From the sequence record MK774614.2: a stretch of DNA of 64,000 nucleotides; one strand, given 5' to 3'. Below are positions 58,674-64,000 of this stretch, one piece after another. Numbering within the stretch: the first letter of the stretch is position 1; each line of letters starts with the position of its first letter. Under the pieces are notes generated by a model, which saw only the letters and a list, made by a program, of their open reading frames with translations, was not told the origin of the DNA and did not search any database. Both the position numbers and the translations under genes were made by a program.

Positions 58674-61535
58674 TTATGATTCAGGAGGAAGTTCAATTTC
58701 ATCAAAAGGTGTTTCGTTGCCTTTCTCTTGATCTTCATCTACTGTTTCATCACCAGTATCAACAGGTTCTTTTTCTTCTTCAAGATCCAGATCCTTTTCC
58801 TCTGATTCGTTATCATCAGTGGTGGTTAAATCAGGATCTCCCGGAGGAAGGTCTTCTTCAGCAAACGGGTCATTGTCATTAAATGTCATGGACGGATCCA
58901 CTTGCTCTTCTTGACCAGGAATTTCTTCCTCCTCGGTATCCCCAAACTTCTCAACCAACTTATCCCAAACCTTCTTGCCTTTTGACGTATTGGTCAAATG
59001 GGCTTCAAAGAACTTGGCTACGTTAGCATCAAGGTTAGCAATGCTGTTGACAATGCTAAGAATACCACCACCGTCACCGTTGTTGAGGATGGCTTCAAAA
59101 GGTGTTGGAATGTTAAACCGCTCAAAGGCTTCGAACATAAAGACACCTTTGATTTGGTTAGCCAACTCTTCAGGTTCCAGATTAAACTTCTCTGCGTGTT
59201 CTTTGATAAGTTTTGCACCGGCCATCTCCATCCAACGTTCAACCAATTTATCAATGGCATCAATCTTACTGTCGATTTTACTCAACGTTTCGGTGATCGC
59301 CATTTGTGGGAGTTCCACATAAAGGTTATTTAGGAAGTCGATTAATATCAATTCCACCATTTCCTGTTCAGAGGCAGATTGATACTCCTCTTCCAAGGCA
59401 TCCTTGATGTTTTTGTACTGGTCTGGTTTTTCGTATAACTTCTTGTTATCGCGAATAATTTCAACCAGTTCTCTCATCAACGGTTCGTTACACTTAATGT
59501 GTTTACGCAAGAAGTCACTTAAGAAACGACCAAACTCACGTGAATACGCAGTTGATTGGTTACGAAGGAGTTCTTGATCAGCTAACGCTTCGATTGCAAA
59601 CTCATTACCATCTCCAGTGTCTTCGAGCCAGCTGCGCTTTAACATAAAGTGGCCCGCAATGCCATTAAGTAACCCTTCCTTAACAGAGGGATCAACAGAT
59701 TTTAATGGTTCATGTTGGGCTTGACTGGCTTCGATTTGAGGAGCGATGATATGTTTGTTATCCCCCGCATCGACTTTGACAATCAATTGCTGTTCTTTAA
59801 AGCGATCCAACACCGCATCAATAGAAACGTTGTTATAACCCAATATGTCGTGTAGCGTCGGGTTATTAGCAAAGTACTCATCTCGCACCATTGCAACCAA
59901 TTGGCGAGGATCAGTGTTATGCTTCTCAAGGGTAATGCGAAGCTCTGTTTTGGAGATGGAGTTTTCAACCGCAGCTAATGCGTCCGCCGTATCCAAAATC
60001 GCCAAACGAGTAATCATCAACTTGGCTTCTTCAACCAAAGAACGCCCAGTTCCAGTGTGATTAAAGTCAGTGGCAATGTAGGTGACATATTCAGATGGAA
60101 CAAAGACACACCGAACACCTTGTTGGCGCATAGCACGGGCCAGAAAGAGTTTCTTGTTATGTTCAGAAAGAGAGACAGTAACGGACTTATTCAAATCCCC
60201 ATTTAAGAAACTTTCACAAAACTCTTTTTCCAAGGTAGCAGAAGCAAACTCCACCATCCAGTCCATATCAAAGTTGCAATCACCACCCGTGGCAATGCGT
60301 TTGATATGAGAGGCCATTTCATTAACACTACCATACCCAGAACCATTATCCAGTTTCTCACTGGCTTGGTTACGGTTTTGATAGTATTTCATGTCGGTGG
60401 TGCTTTTAAGGAACTCCCCAGATGTGGGATCCAGCAAAAGAATATGGCCAAAGGGTTTACCGATCTCACCATTCGCGTGAACAGGGATACACGCTTCACT
60501 GGGAACATGATACGTGATTCCCACCCCTTTACCAGTCCCAGTGTAGAAACGGCTCTTACGCACGCTCAGGGACTCGTTATGACGATAGTTGCGTTGGTTA
60601 TACAGTTTACCCAATGCTTCGTTAATGGTTTTCTTTTCACCAATCCCGACATTGTTTTGATTAGGGGTGTGCTTAGTCCCTTTCTCCTTGGTAAAGATGT
60701 TCGACATCATAGTCTGGATGGTTTCCATTCCAGCTCGTTGACGCAACTTATCGTGGCGAAGTTTTTGTTGTAGTTGTCCTGCTTTAAGCACATTCGGGTT
60801 ATCTGTAAACGTCCACCCTAAATCTGCGTGGACCAGATCAAATTCATTACTGGGTTCGGTCTTATCATCGTACAGTGATTCAAATCCACCGTCAAATTGC
60901 TTACCTGGTGTTTTGCGAATATAACCGATGTTGCGTGCTTTCTTCAAACTGCTGTCAAAGTGTGTATCCAGAATCTGTTTACGCAACTCCAAACTTTCTT
61001 GACCAGAGACTTCCATCCCGTTGATTAAATGATCCAGCGCACTATGCGGGAGGTTTAACAACACATAAGAGCCGGTGCGAAACAGAACGTCTTTAATAAT
61101 TTGAGCCGGTAACTCCTCTAAGGGATATTTGGTATTGGCATAATTTTCAACAACTTGTAACAAATCCGCATGGAGTTTCGTATTTTTAATATCCGAACTT
61201 TCTGTGTCATAGTTAAGCAGTTGCTTTTGATCTCCATTTGGTTTAAGCAACATGGTTAACCAAATCTGTTCAGCACGTTTAATGTAATGTGTAACAGAGC
61301 GAAGATCATTGGCAGCTTGAATGTTTTTAGAGATGATATCAGAGAGTTTCTTTACCCGGCGAAATTGCGGTTTAGAATCTTCTTCAACATCTCGATCTGA
61401 ACGGTGACGTTCATCACGAACCATGATGGCTTGAAGACTTTTTTCAACGGCCCCCAACTCGTTCAGTTTTCCCCTCAATGCGGTTTTATCAATGGGTTTA
61501 AACCCTCTTGGTAACGTACTGCTTTTATCTTTCAT
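58674..61535 (-). CDS. Portal protein (phiKZ gp129-like)
   Basis: About 950 aa from ATG 61535 (GAGGGAG RBS); HVPSEACIPVH..GHILLLD; N-terminal GQES/GFES/GMET motifs; acidic tail; synteny. Confidence 0.75.
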   Translation of the reverse strand: MKDKSSTLPRGFKPIDKTALRGKLNELGAVEKSLQAIMVRDERHRSDRDVEEDSKPQFRRVKKLSDIISKNIQAANDLRSVTHYIKRAEQIWLTMLLKPNGDQKQLLNYDTESSDIKNTKLHADLLQVVENYANTKYPLEELPAQIIKDVLFRTGSYVLLNLPHSALDHLINGMEVSGQESLELRKQILDTHFDSSLKKARNIGYIRKTPGKQFDGGFESLYDDKTEPSNEFDLVHADLGWTFTDNPNVLKAGQLQQKLRHDKLRQRAGMETIQTMMSNIFTKEKGTKHTPNQNNVGIGEKKTINEALGKLYNQRNYRHNESLSVRKSRFYTGTGKGVGITYHVPSEACIPVHANGEIGKPFGHILLLDPTSGEFLKSTTDMKYYQNRNQASEKLDNGSGYGSVNEMASHIKRIATGGDCNFDMDWMVEFASATLEKEFCESFLNGDLNKSVTVSLSEHNKKLFLARAMRQQGVRCVFVPSEYVTYIATDFNHTGTGRSLVEEAKLMITRLAILDTADALAAVENSISKTELRITLEKHNTDPRQLVAMVRDEYFANNPTLHDILGYNNVSIDAVLDRFKEQQLIVKVDAGDNKHIIAPQIEASQAQHEPLKSVDPSVKEGLLNGIAGHFMLKRSWLEDTGDGNEFAIEALADQELLRNQSTAYSREFGRFLSDFLRKHIKCNEPLMRELVEIIRDNKKLYEKPDQYKNIKDALEEEYQSASEQEMVELILIDFLNNLYVELPQMAITETLSKIDSKIDAIDKLVERWMEMAGAKLIKEHAEKFNLEPEELANQIKGVFMFEAFERFNIPTPFEAILNNGDGGGILSIVNSIANLDANVAKFFEAHLTNTSKGKKVWDKLVEKFGDTEEEEIPGQEEQVDPSMTFNDNDPFAEEDLPPGDPDLTTTDDNESEEKDLDLEEEKEPVDTGDETVDEDQEKGNETPFDEIELPPES

Positions 61536-61559
61536 AGTTCTCCCTCGGGAATTTTCATT

Positions 61560-63680
61560 ATGCTCAATAGTGTAGAGTACCTTGCCTATATCGCTAGGAC
61601 CATTGCACTTTGTCGAACCTTTGTCATTAAATGCGAAGACCAAGCTATCTTGGATAATCGGTTAATGGAAGGACACGGGATCTATTCCGGGAATGACAAA
61701 ACAAAATGGCGTTATTACCTGAATCTTAACGGTGAGTATCACAGCACCGATGAAATGATGAAGGTACAGTCCCTAGATAATGGCGAAGTCATTGATTTTA
61801 CAAAAGCAAACCTTGATCTTCACCCAGCAACAAAAAGGGCGTACCGCCAGGGGAGTTATTATTACACCCGGTTGGTAGATAAATATCAAGGTCAACGCGA
61901 ACTCATCAATGGGATCATAAACCCGATTCCTCCTTCGGAATCGATTCCAGCAAAGGATTACCAAATCCTGCGTTACAACCAAGATTATGTCCTGTGGAAC
62001 GAGTATCAATTAATCCCAGCGCTGCAAGCGCATATCTACAACATGGTGGAGACGTCATTTCGAACAGAATATCTCTTAACTGATAACTTGATGTTGACAG
62101 CGTTACTTGGTAACTTATACGGGTCCCTGATCCCTGCTATTTTACAAATCCGTAAAGAGGCAGAAGGAACACGGTACGCACACGAGTTTTATATTTGGGC
62201 AAGATTGACTTCTTTAGGGTTATCTACCATTTATAAAGATGTCTTAGATCGTCATCAAACCATGTGGCTCTATCGAAACCTTGATTATGTCTTGCGCCTC
62301 CAGGGAAGGCGTCAAACCTTCGATGAATTGGTGGACGTGATCTTAACCAGACGTTCTATTCCGCTCGCTCGTTACGAAGTACTTCAAACCACTACCGATC
62401 AATTGGAAACACTCACTCCCAGTCCTCGGTTGATTTCTAAACCAGTGAACTTAGCCAATGAGTTTGGGATGAGTACCAAGCTTTGGACAGTCGAAGAGGT
62501 AGTTAGAAAAGAACTTCCCTTGGCGCTGGATAATGAACGTAACCAAGAGATGGACAACGAGATTACCGATTACGCCATTCGGTATGACATGACATCGAAG
62601 ATTCCGACTAAAGTGTTGGAATCAACCATGGTGGATGCGACTGACCGCAATCCTCAGTCGATCATGAAAGTGCTCCATAATCATTGGTTATATTTAACCG
62701 CAAATGACCTTTACGTGATCAACCATGATTTTGTTGATTTACGTACCGGAAGACACTTTCGGTTAAATACCAAGCAAGCCTACATACTTTGGTGTTACCT
62801 CATAGATCAGTACAATGGGTTTCCCCGAGAGGACATCCCGTATTACGATTATTATGATGTAAGAAAGATCACTCCCCCAACTTATCAGACACTGATGTCG
62901 TTGGGACACAGAGAGATCCTAACAGAAGAGTTATGTAAAGACATTTTAAATGTCAATGTGGTATTTCCAAGACTGGTTTCCCCTGACGGGTTTTTTGCAA
63001 AAGTAAAGGAAGCGTTTGATCAAATCTGGGAACACAAGAAGTTATATTTACACATCAATAACTTGTTCATTCAATCACGCACTAAAAATGCCGTGGAAGC
63101 ACTTTATGAAACAGGATGTGTTAAATTAACAGAAACCAAAACGTACCAAGCCTTTTTAGCAGAGAACGATCTCTCCTTTAGCGATTATGGTAAAGAGGAT
63201 CTCTTGGATCTGGCGTGGGGGATTTGGAAAAAGGTAACTGGCTGGGAAAACGTCAACTACATCACGGTCGGGGATCAGCAACGAACACTGATTAACCTAA
63301 TGGCCGACTTGACCAGTTATACTGTACAGTATATCGGGAGCACAGAAAGTAACAATGGACATTATCAGTTAGCATTCCCTCTCCAAGTTGATACGGACAT
63401 TTGGCCGGTAAACGGAGACACCGCACTGGAAAGTGATAACAAGGATCTGCATGTTCCTGTTCACTTCAAAGGCGTGGTGGAACCTCAGTTATTTGCATCC
63501 AGTCGACCTCACTCAGTAGAAGGGAATTTGATTCACCACATCGAAGGGTTGTCAGAAGGAAGAAGCGATCTGACGTTGTCCATGAATTTGTACGATGACA
63601 CGTCGCCTGATACCATGATGCCGTGTATGATTAGAACGGGACTGATTGTTCGAGCAGACCCCAGTAATTGGAGCGAATGA
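61560..63680 (+). CDS. Virion structural protein, probably baseplate (phiKZ gp128-like)
   Basis: KWRYYLNLNGEYH motif; divergent from portal. Confidence 0.65.
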   Translation: MLNSVEYLAYIARTIALCRTFVIKCEDQAILDNRLMEGHGIYSGNDKTKWRYYLNLNGEYHSTDEMMKVQSLDNGEVIDFTKANLDLHPATKRAYRQGSYYYTRLVDKYQGQRELINGIINPIPPSESIPAKDYQILRYNQDYVLWNEYQLIPALQAHIYNMVETSFRTEYLLTDNLMLTALLGNLYGSLIPAILQIRKEAEGTRYAHEFYIWARLTSLGLSTIYKDVLDRHQTMWLYRNLDYVLRLQGRRQTFDELVDVILTRRSIPLARYEVLQTTTDQLETLTPSPRLISKPVNLANEFGMSTKLWTVEEVVRKELPLALDNERNQEMDNEITDYAIRYDMTSKIPTKVLESTMVDATDRNPQSIMKVLHNHWLYLTANDLYVINHDFVDLRTGRHFRLNTKQAYILWCYLIDQYNGFPREDIPYYDYYDVRKITPPTYQTLMSLGHREILTEELCKDILNVNVVFPRLVSPDGFFAKVKEAFDQIWEHKKLYLHINNLFIQSRTKNAVEALYETGCVKLTETKTYQAFLAENDLSFSDYGKEDLLDLAWGIWKKVTGWENVNYITVGDQQRTLINLMADLTSYTVQYIGSTESNNGHYQLAFPLQVDTDIWPVNGDTALESDNKDLHVPVHFKGVVEPQLFASSRPHSVEGNLIHHIEGLSEGRSDLTLSMNLYDDTSPDTMMPCMIRTGLIVRADPSNWSE

Positions 63681-63681
63681 C

Positions 63682-63999
63682 ATGGAAAGACTCACCACCT
63701 TATATGAAGGTGAAAGTCTAAAAGTATTAGTTAAAAACGAACAGTCTTTATTGTTATTGGTTGGTAATCGTCATGTGAAATATGAAAAAACCGATTTGTG
63801 TTTTCTCAATGCATTACGTCTTTCAACATCGAAGTCTGTGTTAAACGCTCAAGACGTTGCCAACATTGTTCGAGAAAGTTATCGTCCTTTTTATTCAACC
63901 GATATTGAAACAATTGTTTCTAAGCCAGATTGTTTTGAAATCGTAATTAAAGACGATGTGTATATTCACCGTGGTAGTTTTTATATTTATAAGGAATAA
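63682..63999 (+). CDS. Hypothetical protein
   Basis: ATG 63682 after GGAG, 1 nt after the previous stop. Confidence 0.6.
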   Translation: MERLTTLYEGESLKVLVKNEQSLLLLVGNRHVKYEKTDLCFLNALRLSTSKSVLNAQDVANIVRESYRPFYSTDIETIVSKPDCFEIVIKDDVYIHRGSFYIYKE

Positions 64000-64000
64000 A

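Noticed and set aside
61536-61643. N-terminal extension of the portal ORF overlapping the divergent gene; also upstream starts at 34490, 42803, 58055, 11030, 11682 and 63646
   Set aside because: Downstream ATG/GTG starts avoid overlaps and mostly have better RBSs; the extensions run through promoters or neighbouring genes.
1-64000. CRISPR array, tRNA or rRNA genes, integrase or transposase
   Set aside because: No regularly spaced repeats, cloverleaf-like sequences or recombinase motifs were seen; the hairpins are isolated and differ in sequence.

Overview
64 kb of a phiKZ-like, nucleus-forming jumbo myophage (Chimalliviridae-type), densely coding. No tRNA, rRNA, CRISPR array or integrase was seen. 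It covers conserved core blocks: non-virion RNA polymerase subunits (beta C-half, beta' segment, beta N-half), SF2 helicase, a virion RNAP beta' segment, the exonuclease half of a split family-B DNA polymerase, an internal-head protein paralog family with G-x-E maturation motifs, baseplate/virion proteins, DnaB-like helicase, major capsid protein and portal. phiKZ gp numbers are assigned from motifs and remembered synteny, not database searches. Most notable observations: (1) a free-standing HNH gene flanked by two synonymously recoded copies of the helicase 3' end; (2) a 20-codon relic of the same HNH family upstream of the nvRNAP beta gene; (3) a T-TTT-TTC slippery site joining a 545-aa gene to a start-less -1 frame, resembling tail-chaperone G/GT frameshifting; (4) two internal-head paralogs with a near-identical 107-bp leader cassette but unrelated C-termini, bracketing an early two-gene island; (5) an M48-like HExxH membrane protease in the head operon; (6) a stand-alone early membrane protein; (7) recurring early/late promoter motifs and about 19 intergenic hairpins.
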